Of a stretch of DNA of 64,000 nucleotides, positions 1 through 12,397 are shown one piece after another. Every line of letters starts with the position of its first letter. Positions within the stretch are counted from its first letter, which is position 1. Origin of the DNA: Octopus sinensis (taxonomy: Eukaryota); NCBI RefSeq assembly GCF_006345805.1, contig NC_042998.1:65906001-65970000 (forward strand), written 5' to 3'. The notes beneath the pieces are model-generated. The model did not search any database, had not been told where the DNA came from, and saw only the letters and a list, made by a program, of their open reading frames with translations. Made by a program: the position numbers and the translations under genes.

Positions 1-1873
1 TCCTTTGCGAGGAAACGCAGGGTCACTGTCTCCACTGTAGGCCCTCTAATTGACGAAACTGGCACTCTCCAAGATAATGCCAAATCCATGGCCGAGATAC
101 TGCAGAAACAATACTGCTCTGTTTTCAGCAATCCTGATATGGCCGATCTGGGCTGTATCAGTGATGTCAACCCCCAAAACACTATATCGGACATAACGTT
201 TAGTGCCCCTGATGTCTTAGCGGCGATAAACGAAATAAAACACAATTCAGCAGTAGGCCCCGATAGGTTCCCTGCTTGTGTCCTGAAGGTGTGTCGACAC
301 CAACTTGCATCTCCCCTTGCTAATCTGTGGAGAAACTCACTGGATGCTGGCTATATTCCAAAAACCTTCTGTCCCAGTCTGTTTGTCCCAGTTTTCAAAA
401 AGGGAAACAAGTCCCTTGCAGTGAATTACCGTCCGATCTCACTCACCTCTCATATCATCAAGATATTTGAGAGGGTGGTGAGATCTCGAATAACCCAATT
501 TCTGGAAAGCAACAGACGGCTGATCTCCAACCAACATGGGTTCCGTAATGGAAGGGACTGCCTAACGCAGCTCCTGCATCACTTTGAGGACATTTTGAGA
601 GCTTGGGAGAGGGCTCCAACACCGATGTCATCTACCTTGATTTCAGTAAGGCCTTCGACAGGGTCGATCACAAGATCCTATTGAAAAAACTATCCAACAT
701 TGGTGTCTCTGGAAAGTTACTGAAATGGATCAAGTGTTTCCTGACAGACAGATCTCAACATGTTGTAGTTGAAGGGAGGTAAAATCAAGCCCAGCCAAAG
801 TCAGTAGTGGCGTTCCGCAAGGCTGTGCTGGGCCCACTTCTTTTCATCATTACATTAATGACATTAATGACATCATCAAGCACAGCAACATAAAAATCTT
901 TGCAGATGACTCCAAGCTACAGAAGGTCATAAATGAGGCGAGTGACCGGACATGCCTTCAGTCAGATCTACTGGCTGTTATCCAATGGGCAGAAAAAAAA
1001 CAATATGCTGCTGAACGAGGATAAATTTGAGCTAATCCACTTGGAAAAGAGGATGCCCTGAAACTCCCATACTCCCTTCCTTCAGGTGAAACTCTCGCGG
1101 CGTCCAACAACATCAGAGACTTGGGAGTAATTGTGGACAACAACGTAAGCTGGGCCACTCATATAAACACCAAAGTTGACATGGCCCGCAGAATGTGTTC
1201 CTGGATTCTCAGAACTTTCCAGTCGTGAGATATCCACACCATTATCCTTCTCTTCTCCACTTTTGCCCGACCCCACCTTGAATACTGTTGTCCACTGTGG
1301 TCTCCCCACACAATAAAAGTTGAAGCACCTCAAAGGGCAATCACAAAAAAGATAGATGGCATGACAGGCCTCGACTATTGGGGTCGACTAGAAAAGCTAA
1401 AACTCTATTCTCTCCAACGTCGTCGTGAGCGCTACATCATCTGCATGATGTGGAAAATATTCCATCAGCATTGCCCAAATGATGTTGGCATCACCTTCAA
1501 GGTACATCCAAGGCTTGGGCCCCGTGCCATCCGCCCAAAACAAAAATCGCACTCTCATCTCATAACAACAATACGGCACAATTATTTCACCTCAATTGGC
1601 CCCGCTCTCTTTAACATTACACCAAAACACATTAAAACAGAAACTGACCCTATAGGGTTCAAGAAGTCTTTGGACAGATTCCTTCAAGAAATCCCGGATA
1701 AACCCCCTACACCCGGATATGTCTCTGTAAACAATAACTCTCTACTTGAGTGGGCCATAGTGCCCAAATCTGACTTGAAAGACTTCACCAGGTGGTGCTA
1801 TTTGCTATTAAGTTGACATGGCCTGGGCCAATAATGGCCGAAACCTATCAAAGTATCAAAGTATCAAAGTATC
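1..1873 (+). mobile_element. CR1/L2-group LINE, 3' part (RT domain, C-terminus, 3' tail), frameshifted; begins before the window
   Basis: ORF 88-684 has NYRPISLTSHIIKIFE and QHGFR. YLDFSKAFDRVDH follows in another frame and FADDSKL lies near 900. C-terminal ORF 1361-1816. Ends in (TATCAAAG)n at 1846-1873. Confidence 0.92.
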
Positions 1874-1889
1874 TATCTATCTATCTATT

Positions 1890-1966
<77 letters not shown>

Positions 1967-1985
1967 GTATATATATATATATACA
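1873..1985. repeat. Compound (TATC)/(TC)/(TA) microsatellite
   Basis: Read directly from the sequence. Confidence 0.95.
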
Positions 1986-2059
1986 TGCGTAATGTGCACG
2001 ATTCGTTTTAGTGCTTCAGAACACTTGTCTTCATTATACAGTATTTAAATTGACAACAT

Positions 2060-2387
2060 CTTAAAAGACTCCGCCGGTTACGACGACGAGGGTCCCCAGC
2101 TGATACGATCAACGGAACAGCTTGCTCGTGAAATTAACGTGCAAATGGCTGAGCATTCCACAGACACGTGTACCCTTAACGTAGTTCTCGGGGATAATCA
2201 GCGTGACACAGAGAGTGACAAGGCTGACCCTTTGAAATACAAGTACAACTCATTTTTGCCAGCTGAGTGGACTGGAGCAACGTGAAATAAAGTGTCTTGC
2301 TCAAGGACACAACGCGTCGCCGGGAATCGAACTCACAACCTTACGATCATGAGCCGAATGCCCTAACCACTAAGCCACGCGCCCTCA
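2060..2387 (-). mobile_element. tRNA-derived SINE (family A) with 14-bp TSD
   Basis: Minus-strand head GCGCGTGGCTTAGTGGTTAGG...GAGTTCGATTCCC carries A and B boxes, followed by a CORE-like TGTGTCCTTGAGCAAGACACTT. TAAATTGACAACAT occurs at 2046-2059 and 2388-2401. Confidence 0.92.
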
Positions 2388-2574
2388 TAAATTGACAACA
2401 TAAATATAAGGCGAAGCAGCATATATAACGTATACGTTTTATATACAATTATGGATGCGCTCTCTGCAAGGGAGGCTCACCACTAGTACGACTGCTGCTT
2501 TTGCTGATACTAATAATACTACTACTATTACCATCACCACCATCACATGTAATAATAATCATTTCTGCTATTCT

Positions 2575-2748
2575 GTAGGAACAAGGCCTGAAATTTGTGG
2601 GGAAAAGAGGATCCAAGTACGCAAATGGTACTTAATTTATCGACCTTGAAAGGATGAAAGGCAAAGTCGACCTCGGCGGAATTTGCACTCAGAACGTAGT
2701 GACAGGCTAAAAGCTGCTAAGATTTCGTCCTGTATGCTAACGATTTTG
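2575..2748 (-). mobile_element. SINE family C copy
   Basis: Matches the units at 12398-12931 (CCGCCGAGGTCGACTTTGCCTTTCATCCTTTC). Confidence 0.8.
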
Positions 2749-2815
2749 CATGTGTGTGTGCCGACGTGCATAATCATGTGTGTATATCAGTATATACGTA
2801 GTAATGTATATATAT

Positions 2816-3163
2816 AATTACAGCGTGGAAGGTGTTTGTAAGCCATTTAAGAAACACACAAAAGCCGTTCGATTCACTTCAACATTTAAGTTTAATTGTC
2901 AAAATATTTTCATCGCTAAAATCCGCGACCTGTTCACTGACAAAAATCCATGCTGCGCGGATGCAGTACGGATTTTTGTCAGTGAAGAGGTCGCGGATTT
3001 TAGCGATGAAAATATTTTGACAAATTAAACTTAAATGTTGAAGTGAATCGAACGGCTTTTGTGTGTTCCTTAAATGGCTTACAAACACCTTCCACACTGC
3101 AATTGGTTTCGTTTCAGCACACGATCCCAGATCAAATCACTTGCTACGCGAGTACATCTCCGT
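2816..3163. mobile_element. Fold-back MITE-like element; left end truncated
   Basis: Arms of about 140 bp pair around an axis near 2957-2962. Terminus ...ACATCTCCGTA is shared with copies at 7307-7545 and 54040-54170. Confidence 0.75.
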
Positions 3164-3199
3164 AATATATATATATATATATACACATATATGTATATA

Positions 3200-4340
3200 T
3201 TTTTCTTTCCTAGTTTCAGCTTCGAGCTGCGGCCATGCTGATGCACCGTCGTTTTGCTACACTGTTATTACTAAGAGCCTCCTCTAATATGTGACACTTG
3301 GTCAAGAATGGAGTTTGATATAGCCACACTAACTTGCACCTCTTGCCGTGATGTAGCTTCATCTGGGATTCTCGACAAGAAGATGTCCAGCTTTGATATA
3401 AAAACTCCTACATCTACTTTGTGCAAGCACCTGAGACTCTTTTGGAGAATATTAAAAAGCTGTGGGCCCTTGAAACACAGGCTGTTGCAGTAACTTGTCC
3501 TGAAGCGTGATGGCATTGCTAGGATTTTGGCACTATGCAGTGTCGTCCCGTTCAGGCATTGGTGTAGCTTTCAATGCCAAAATTTGGCACAATTTTTTCC
3601 AGGATCTTCCAGATATATATTACTGCATACCTCTTCCGTCTATTCTCCAGGGAGTAGAGTCTTAGCTGTCTCAACCTTGCCCAGTAGCTGTGCTGTTGCA
3701 AAGAGAAAATCTTCTTTTTGAATCTTCTCTGAATTGCTTCAAGGTCCGCTGTTAATTTCACACTGGTAGGTGACCATAGCTGTGAGCAGTAATCAAGGCG
3801 GCTGAAGTAGAAAGTCTGCCATGGGACCATTATGTTTTCCTTATCTCTAGCCGTCTGCACTTTGTCGTCATCCTAGTAATGTGCACTTGTTAAGAGATAT
3901 CATCACTCATGTCGATACCCGGGTCCCTCACTGACTTAGGCTCTGGGATTGAAATTCCACGTGGACAGGTGTACCCTGTAAGTTTAATATTCAGTTCTGG
4001 ATGCTGCTAGAGCAGAGCTTGGAATTTCTCAGCATTAAATTGCATATTATTATCCTCAGCCCATCTGTAAATTGAGTCCAACTCCTGCTGCAGGTCTGCA
4101 ACATCGCTGGGGTTCTGTATTTTCTGCGAAACTTTCGTATCATCAGCATAGCTTGCCAGAGTGGCTATCCGGGCATTTGAGGGCATATCTGAGAGGACTA
4201 CTCTAAAAAGCAGAGGTCCCAAGACAGTGCCCAGTGGAACACCGTTTACTGTTTCTGCGTTCATAGAGGTGGCTCCATTAGCCACTACTACCTGACTCCT
4301 ATCTATCACACACATATATAGAAATATACCTATATACACC
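3200..4340 (-). mobile_element. CR1/L2-group LINE, 5'-truncated, with 3' tail
   Basis: GTVLGPLLF and YADDTK in ORF 4007-4339. SRLDYCSQLWSP and RLYSLENRRKRY in 3552-3860. Tail GGTGCATCAGCATGGCCGCAG...GCTGAAAC at about 3262-3213. Confidence 0.9.
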
Positions 4341-4737
4341 TTACTCTTTTCCTTGTTTCAGTCATTTGTTTGCGGCCATGCTGGAGCACCACCTCTAGTC
4401 GAGCAAATCGACCCCAGGACGTCTTTGTAAGCTTAGTACTTATTCTATAAGGCTCTTTTGCCGAACCGCTAAGTTACGAGGACTTAAACACCCCAGCGTC
4501 GGTTGTCAAGCGATGTTGGTGGGGGACAAACACAGATACACACGCGCACACACACACATATCTGTATACATATACATATATACGACGGGCTTATTTCAAC
4601 TTCTGTCCACCATATCCACTGACAAGTGTTTGGTCGGCCCGAGGCTATAGTAGAATACACTTGCTCAAGATGGCACACAGTGGGACTGAACTGGGAACCA
4701 TGTAATCGTTAAGCAAGCTACTTATCACAAAACCACT
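4341..4737 (-). mobile_element. SINE family B, uninterrupted copy (empty-site reference)
   Basis: Collinear with 26929-27321 plus 32778-32817. Its target motif (plus strand GTTAAGCAAGCTACTT, about 4708-4723) is intact. Confidence 0.88.
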
Positions 4738-4773
4738 TATATATATATATATTATATATATATATATATATAT

Positions 4774-5396
4774 AAATGGAGTTGACGCAGGTGTAATCAA
4801 ATATTACTCAACATTTAGGGATAGAAATAAACGGAATAGTACCGGTCTCAGCAAACTGATTTGGGATTTAAAAGACCACAATGAACAATTTCATTTAGAA
4901 TGGTTGAATCTCTCAATTTCGGTATCATATGACAAAGGCAAGAAATTCTGTCTTCTCTGCAATTCTGAGCAATTTTTCATTATTTTTTCTAAAAATACTC
5001 TAGTAAACACGGTTATAGAGCGAGCATACAGATGTAAGCATTGACAAAAACATACATTTAGTGCATATAAGTAGTCTCTATCATTATATATAATTTAAAC
5101 TTTAATTTCCTTTATATTTAACATTCACTATTAATATCCCTACTCTTTCTGTTAGCTACTTATGACGTTATATCATATAACGTTTTTTTAAACAATATTA
5201 ATAGGGTTCTGTCTATCGCTATACAAATCCATCATTTTTTGCTAAAATGTCTTATTGACGAGTTTCTTTTTTTTCACTTTCCTGAGGAGAAGATTGCATT
5301 GTTTATACCATTTATTCTTTTGAATAGTATCAGTGGAATTTTCGAAATATGTGTCGAAAGTAAAAATATTTGATTACACCTGCGTTAACTCCATTT
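4774..5396 (+). mobile_element. Penelope-like element (PLE) 3' remnant bounded by a 32-bp inverted repeat
   Basis: Translates YSTFRDRNKRNSTGLSKLIW.LKD, resembling the PLE GIY-YIG C-terminal region. Inverted repeat 4774-4805 / 5365-5396 has 1 mismatch. Confidence 0.7.
5276..5361 (+). ncRNA. Type I minimal hammerhead ribozyme motif
   Basis: Stem I ACTTTC/GAAAGT; core CTGAGGA 5282-5288; stem II GAAGATT/AATTTTC; GAAA 5344-5347; GUC triplet 5353-5355. Confidence 0.7.
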
Positions 5397-5539
5397 TTTA
5401 TTCATATTATTCAAAATATTAAACGTAAACACGAAGTTTCTACTTTTATAAACAAGGAGTTACAACACCTTTACTTGTGAGATTTTTGCTGCCCTGTTAA
5501 CTATTTATTTATTTTTCCGTGTTAATTGTTAGCAAGGTA

Positions 5540-5686
5540 AAATACACTCATCTATTTATATATATATATATTTATATATATATATATATATATATATTTA
5601 TACACACACATATATATATATAAGAGTAAATACAAAAATACACACGTACAAATATACACACTGTCATATATAGACAAACAAACAGG

Positions 5687-5755
<69 letters not shown>

Positions 5756-5801
5756 TATATAATATGTATGTATAAATATATATATAATCTCTCTCTCTCT
5801 C

Positions 5802-5848
<47 letters not shown>

Positions 5849-5850
5849 TT
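5540..5850. repeat. (TA)n-rich compound microsatellite
   Basis: Read directly from the sequence. Confidence 0.95.
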
Positions 5851-6591
5851 ATGTAAATGCACGCGCACACATTCAGTTTCAAGTACTTTTGAATGTAAGA
5901 CACAGCAGGCCTATTCATTTAATTCTGTATACATTTTTCCTCTTGTTGAGATTCTGAGAAATATAGATCCAGTGATTTTATCTTCATTATTCTGTATATC
6001 TTACTTTTATAACTACTTATATCATATGAGACATAGGTAAGTAGAATTCACCGAAGACTGCTTACCTTCCAAACAAGATTATCTCATTTATTACTGACTA
6101 CAGAACACATCTTTGGAATCTAGAAATTTCTAGAAATTTAATATAGACATATTGATATATACGGAATATATCACCGTTTTGAAAGGAATACTTATGGTTT
6201 CACCGGGAGATTTTATGAAACAGAATTCATTTTTACAAATTCTTAAGACGATTAGAATTTATTACATTGCCCTGAGTTATTCTAACTCCGAAGTGATTAA
6301 ATTCCTGTACAGTAGCCTTGGACTCATCCATGTACTAAAATCGGTAAAAATCTAAGCTACTATAAATCGGCACGAACTTTCCGGTCAACCCAATATATTT
6401 GGCGCCTTAACCTGCCTTCATATGTTAAGAATATATATGCAAATATTCATTGCAGTTAAGGTATCGGACGACAATTGCAATGCCATGTGATTATATTACG
6501 TTACTTAACATTTAGTTTTCCGACACTAAAATGGCTTAGCTTCCTAAACATATCATGACATGTTGGGACTAGATATTTTGGTAAGGATAAC

Positions 6592-6965
6592 GTGGCTCTC
6601 CGTCGGTTACGACGATGAGGGTTCCAGTTGATCTGATCTACGGAACAGCCTGCTCATTAAATTAAAGTGTAAGTGGCTACGCACTCCGTAGACATGTGTA
6701 CACTTAACGTAGATCTCGGAGAAATTAAGTGTGACACAGATTGTGACAAGGCTGGCCCTTTGAAATACAGGTACAGCAGAAACAGAGTGAGAGAAAGTTG
6801 TGGTGAAAGAATATACAAGGGTTTGTCGCCAACCCCTGCCGAGCCTCGTGGAGCTTTAGATGTTTTTGCTCCATAAACACACACAACGCCCCGATCTGGA
6901 AATAAAAACCGGGATCCTACGACCGCGTGTCCGCTACCCTAACCACTGGGCCATTGCGACTTCAC
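6592..6965 (-). mobile_element. SINE family A variant with 14-bp TSD
   Basis: 3' module shared with 2060-2387. TTGG(T/G)AAGGATAAC at 6578-6591 and 6966-6979. Confidence 0.88.
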
Positions 6966-7306
6966 TTGGGAAGGATAACAATATGTATTTAGTGCTAGAA
7001 TATCTGCTTCGTATGCAATTGCTATAGGAATGTCATTTCAGATAAATTAGAGCGATCGTAAACGGCCTTAGACAGGAAACAACGTAATTGTTTTTAATTC
7101 ATTTTTAATTACTGTAATACAAAGAAATGTCTAATATTACAGACATACATCGTTACATAACCTTTCTCAAATAACTAGATGGAATTTAAGTGGTGGAAAG
7201 TGGTGTGAAGACAAGTCCAAACACAAACACATACATATTGATATGTATATCTACCTATCTAACTGCTATATATATATTCATTATTATTATTAGTGTTGTT
7301 GTTGTT

Positions 7307-7545
7307 ACGGAGATGTACATTCATAGCAAGTGACCAGATCTGACATCGTATGCTGCAAATGAAAACAATTGCAGCATGGAAGGTGTTTGTAAGACATTTA
7401 AAAACACACAAAAGCCGTTAGATTCACATCGAAATTTAAATTCAATTTGCCACTGTGATCTGATCACTGAAAAATTCCGTGCTGCTGAAGTGAATCTAAC
7501 GGTTTTTGTGTGTTTTTATATGGCTTAGAAACACCTTCCACCCTG
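7307..7545. mobile_element. Fold-back MITE copy
   Basis: Starts ACGGAGATGTAC; internal arms homologous to 2816-3163. Confidence 0.7.
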
Positions 7546-7559
7546 TGATTTTATATGTA

Positions 7560-7672
7560 TATAACGGACCCCACGGCTGTAGACGCTTGCTCGAGGTACC
7601 ACGCAAAGGTACTGAACACGAAACACTGTGGTTACGAAACAATCTTCTTAGACACTGCCGCACCTGCACCTA
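7560..7672 (-). mobile_element. SINE-B head fragment (uninterrupted)
   Basis: Minus strand ATAGGTGCAGGTGCGGCAGTGTCTAAGAAGATTGTTTCGTAACCACAG. Confidence 0.65.
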
Positions 7673-7699
7673 TATACATTCATTCATACATACATACAT

Positions 7700-7738
<39 letters not shown>

Positions 7739-7849
7739 AGTACACTCACACTCAAACACACACACACATATTACAGGTTTCAATTCTACGAGGTATGGAC
7801 TCGTGCAAAGTTTGAATTATTTCCAAATGAATTTTTTATGCATTCTTCA

Positions 7850-8790
7850 GTTTAAATAGTCTCTAGTTCTTATAGTGATCATCGTGGAAGATATCGACTC
7901 CTTACATGATTTTCTAAAATGCAACATAACTTTTCAATAATATTGAGATCTGGGGACTGTGCTAGCCAGATAAGATGCTCAACTTCACTAGAATGTTACT
8001 AGTGCAATTCAGTAGCAGCTCTAGCTGTGTGAATTGGTCTATTATCATCCTGAAATATTTCATTTCCCTCCGGAAACATTTCCGCAATCACAGGATGAAT
8101 TTGATCAGATAAAATGCTTAAATAGTCTTGCCTATTAATTCTCCCATCAAAAGAAACCATTGGGACGGTGGATTTCTAGGATATAGCCGGCCAAATCATT
8201 ACAGCTCTTGCTCCTTTTTTAACAGTTGGACGAAAGCAGTCTGGGTCAAATGCTTCTTTTCCGTCTCCACACGTATACTCGGCCGGTGGTCGGAAATAAG
8301 GTAAAGGATGACTCGACCGTAAAAATAACATACTTCCACTGCTCTAGGGACTCATTCTATAGGTTTTTACTCCACTCTAAAAAGTTTGCAATTGTTTTTT
8401 TTTTAAGTAGTGGTTTTATGAATGCAGCCCTTTCTTGAAGTCCGGCTTTGTGTAGCTCCTGGCGAACAGTTTTTTATGGAAACTGGATACTCGAGGTGGT
8501 CATTAAAGTCTGCAGTAATTTTACGACCTGTACATTTGGGATCCTTCCTAACAATTCACGTAAGAGTCCGACGTTTCCTATCTGAAAATTTTGGTTTTCT
8601 TTGTGAGTTTTGTTTCGACGAGGAGATTTTTCCCTCTTTCTCAAAAGCTGTTATTACTTTCGAGACAATACTTCTTGATACACTGTTTTCGTTACGCTAT
8701 CGCCTGTCGTTCGAGTACCAACAATTTGACATCTTTGAAAGTCTGATAGATCTGTTATTTCATTTGAATGAAACTTAATTACCTTTTTCT
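7850..8790 (-). mobile_element. Tc1-type transposase fossil
   Basis: Manual translation gives WKYVIFTVESSF, FQDDNRPIH, W..QSPDLNIIE and an N-terminal KTVRQELHKAG, with stops and frameshifts. Confidence 0.85.
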
Positions 8791-9127
8791 GGTGATATCT
8801 GAAAAGAAACAGCAATTTTAGCAAAACATATTAAGCAGCATTAATAATAAATCGAAAAACATAAAAATAAACAAGCTTTTGACGGTTATATAGATATTTC
8901 AAAATTATGATGCTATGAGGCTAGGTGTTTCCATTATTTTGTCCATCCCCTATATATATAAGTTTATTAATAAGTTTATTAATTTTCAATACTCTTCAGT
9001 CTTCGGTGCCTGCAAGTTACGACCTGTCGTAAATGTATACATAAATACAAACAATACTGACAGTGCGGTATTCTATTTTTTAAGCTTATCTCTGTACAGT
9101 GCTATATTTAAGCGATGAGGAGGCATG

Positions 9128-9290
9128 CACATTATTTACATTATTTACATTTGGCTGAAATTTGTCGTCATTCGTTTTTACTGTTAACACATCGTTTCGA
9201 CTGATATACCCTCCAGCCTTCAGCAGGTCAGGTATCGTAGGGACATTCCGAACCTAGGTTCTCATTCTAAAAGGTATTTTTTGATGTTGT
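9128..9290 (-). mobile_element. PLE-associated terminal-repeat element with degenerate hammerhead
   Basis: CTGCTGA-A-GGCTG/CAGTC-GAAACGAT at about 9228-9187. A homologous repeat abuts the PLE RT at 51340-51430. Confidence 0.6.
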
Positions 9291-9399
9291 TGTTGTTGTT
9301 GTTGTTATTATTATTATTATTATTCAGATCATATATATAGTCTCAAGTGATACACTTATGCACACACACACACACATATACACACCGTTGTAAATATAT

Positions 9400-9530
9400 A
9401 CTATGCTCTTCTTTCAGTTTCCATCAACTAAATCCACCCATATAAGTTTATCGTCCCATTAATATAGTAAGAGATACATATACAAGTTTCCATAGTTTCA
9501 CTGAGCTGGCGAAAAGCTGCGTGGGTTCTG
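9400..9530 (-). mobile_element. SINE-B remnant
   Basis: CTTCTTTCAGTTTCCATCAACTAAATCCAC matches the SINE-B body. Confidence 0.55.
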
Positions 9531-9693
9531 AGATCATTCAGAAGTACAGAAATAAATACAGTGCTACTCTTATGGAGACGTTCGTTCTCAGTCATGACGA
9601 CTAATGAGTCCAGTTCTGATCGGCATAGAGCGTCAAACCGGTGGTCGAAATTGCGGCAATTGTTTGTTGATCAAACGTTTTCTTTATTTCTAT

Positions 9694-9729
<36 letters not shown>

Positions 9730-9782
9730 TGTGTATGTGTGTGAGTGTATGCGTATTATGTAAGTATATATATACGCATAAC

Positions 9783-9813
<31 letters not shown>

Positions 9814-10490
9814 TATCCATACATACATACGTACACATATATGCATGTATACGTTTATATATATATATATGTATGTATGTATGACAATACTTTATGTAAT
9901 TATTTCATGTATTCAGCAGTAATTACTGTCAGTAAGCCAATGCTTTGCAGAAATTGTAGGATTTTGATTGATTGCAACAACTGTACCATAGCCACGATTT
10001 GTTCCTAAATTTCTACCTGTCAAACTCATATCACGTAGACTCTGCTCACAAAAATGATGACTTTGCTACACAAGCACTACATGTGTTTGTGTGTTTGTTT
10101 GTTTGTTTGTGTGTGTGTGTATACTACGCATACTTTAAAATCCATTTCCTAATAGCACTCAAATGCAATAACATGAGGGCAAGCAAATATTCTCTCGTGA
10201 CATATTTTGACAACTTCATAAATACACGCTTAACATCATTGCCTATTCTGATTCTGCTTTTGCAGAACAGCTTTTGCTTAATGTAAATGGAAAGAGAGAT
10301 AGACCAACAATTTGTCATAGACGCGTGTAAGATATTTTGAAAATGATTAAATTACGTACACAATTTCTTACGCTTCAATTCCCTTCGTGTCGTAGATGTC
10401 ACTTACTGCACATGTATTCAAAATTTGTTCTATGTAACTTGCCCTTGTACGAAAGCTACTTATAATTTTCGCGAATGCTGTACAATTTTG

Positions 10491-10529
<39 letters not shown>

Positions 10530-11539
10530 TTTTTGTAGCCTTTTACCGTCTTAACCCATCCGTCACATATGTTTTCTTATCTAAAAGAAAGCAAACTGAG
10601 AAAATATATAAATCTACTGTGGGTGCTACATTTTGAGGAAGAACCCGTAGCATAAATTATGAGAAACATTTCGTAAAACTAAAACAATAAAAAATATCTA
10701 TAAAATTATTCATTGCATTCAGGATTTACTTTGCAAATTCTTCCGTTTTCACCTCAGCACGTTTTCTTCAAAGATTTAATTCGCATAATGCCACTTTAAT
10801 GAACAACATATAGATTGAATTCTTTGCATCATCATGCTGTTCTGTTCTCGTTAATATTTCAATTCTCTGAGCTGAAATTTATTGCACTAAATTATAATTG
10901 GAAACATTAAATGCATGCATGTATATTGCTATTTAAAAAGCCTTCGTTTCAACGATGTTTTTCTTTCGACGCTCTTAAGGGACCAATTAAAATTCGAACT
11001 AATGCTTGTATAAGCAGTGTAATAAGTATATGTACATCCACATGCACACCAAGCACAAGAAACACACATGTACATGCATTAATGATATCAAGTACGTTAG
11101 ATGGCCGTGGTTTTACATCAATCATAAATACATGTAACAAAGTTACCTTCATAATAATATAATGTATAATAATATAGGAAAGGAATAAATGTTTCGATGG
11201 CGAACCTTATTACTATTATAATTTATATATTGTCTTTCTCTTAATGGAAAATACAACGTTGCAAAAATGATATTATTTCACTAAGGCTACAGTTAAATCT
11301 CGTCGTGTTTCATTCTGATTTTCCACAAGCAGGTACTCTTTAGGAAATTCAAGAGTCCCTCTGGTCAAGATGTTCGTGATGAAGCCAATAGAAATTTTCA
11401 GTTACAACGAAAACATAAAATGGTATTTAATTCTAAAATATTAAGCAAGTGTTTAAAAGCACAAAGAAGGATGTTAAAATGGACATTTTACATGTAGAAA
11501 GATGCAGATGCAGGGAAATTGATAACACATTAGTGACCG

Positions 11540-12120
11540 TGGTGATGATGCTGATGATGATGAGGAGGAGGAGGAGGAAGAGGGGGAGGAGAGGGAGGAT
11601 GGTGGTGGTGGTGGTGGTTGTTACGATGATGATGATGGCAACGACGACGATGACGAAGATGGTGACAACGACAATGATGATGATCATCAGGGAAATTATG
11701 ATGATGGTGATCGTGATTACGCTTGTCAGAGTGGATGGAGTGTGTTACTACTCTTCTGTCTTTATTATACCCAAAATGATAACAGATATCGTGCTGACAA
11801 AGAAAATTAGAAATTCTCATATTCTAAATTTAATGAAGGCATCCGACAGCCTTTTCGGTTTATACAATCAGCGTCTTCGTCGTTGTCGTCGTCTTCCTCC
11901 TCATCTCCCTCCCCCACCATCTCCTCCACCTCCACTATCTCCTTCTCATTCACCACCGCCACCTCGTCCTCATTGTCCACCCCTCTTCTCCTCCTCCTCC
12001 AAAACATCATCATCATCGTTATCATCATTATCATCATCATCATCATCATGATAATTATCATCATCATTATCATCATCATCATTATCATCATCATTATCAT
12101 CATCATTATCATCACGAATT
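11540..12120. repeat. Trinucleotide low-complexity tracts (GAT/GAG/GGT, then CTC/ATC)
   Basis: Read directly from the sequence. Confidence 0.9.
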
Positions 12121-12230
12121 CGTTTGAGTGACACTCACGTCACCTTTACGCATTTAGCATCCCCACGGGTAAACATGGCAATTTTCTTCAAACTTTATAA
12201 CGAAGATGTATCTGTTATATCGGAACCAGT

Positions 12231-12279
<49 letters not shown>

Positions 12280-12397
12280 ATATAACCGAATCATCCAAAT
12301 CATGATACATTATTTCACACTTCATTTAAAGTTAGGATATACGGCAATACACATTGATTGATTTGCAGGTAGAGCAGCTTTAATACATAGATGTAGC

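Noticed and set aside
2300-2387. tRNA gene calls at SINE heads
   Set aside because: They are degenerate tRNA-like heads continuous with SINE bodies and bounded by TSDs.
11433-12131. ORFs of up to 200 aa rich in poly-M/R/V/S/I (also 34509-34938 and 44969-45290)
   Set aside because: Stop-free trinucleotide repeats with no domain signal.
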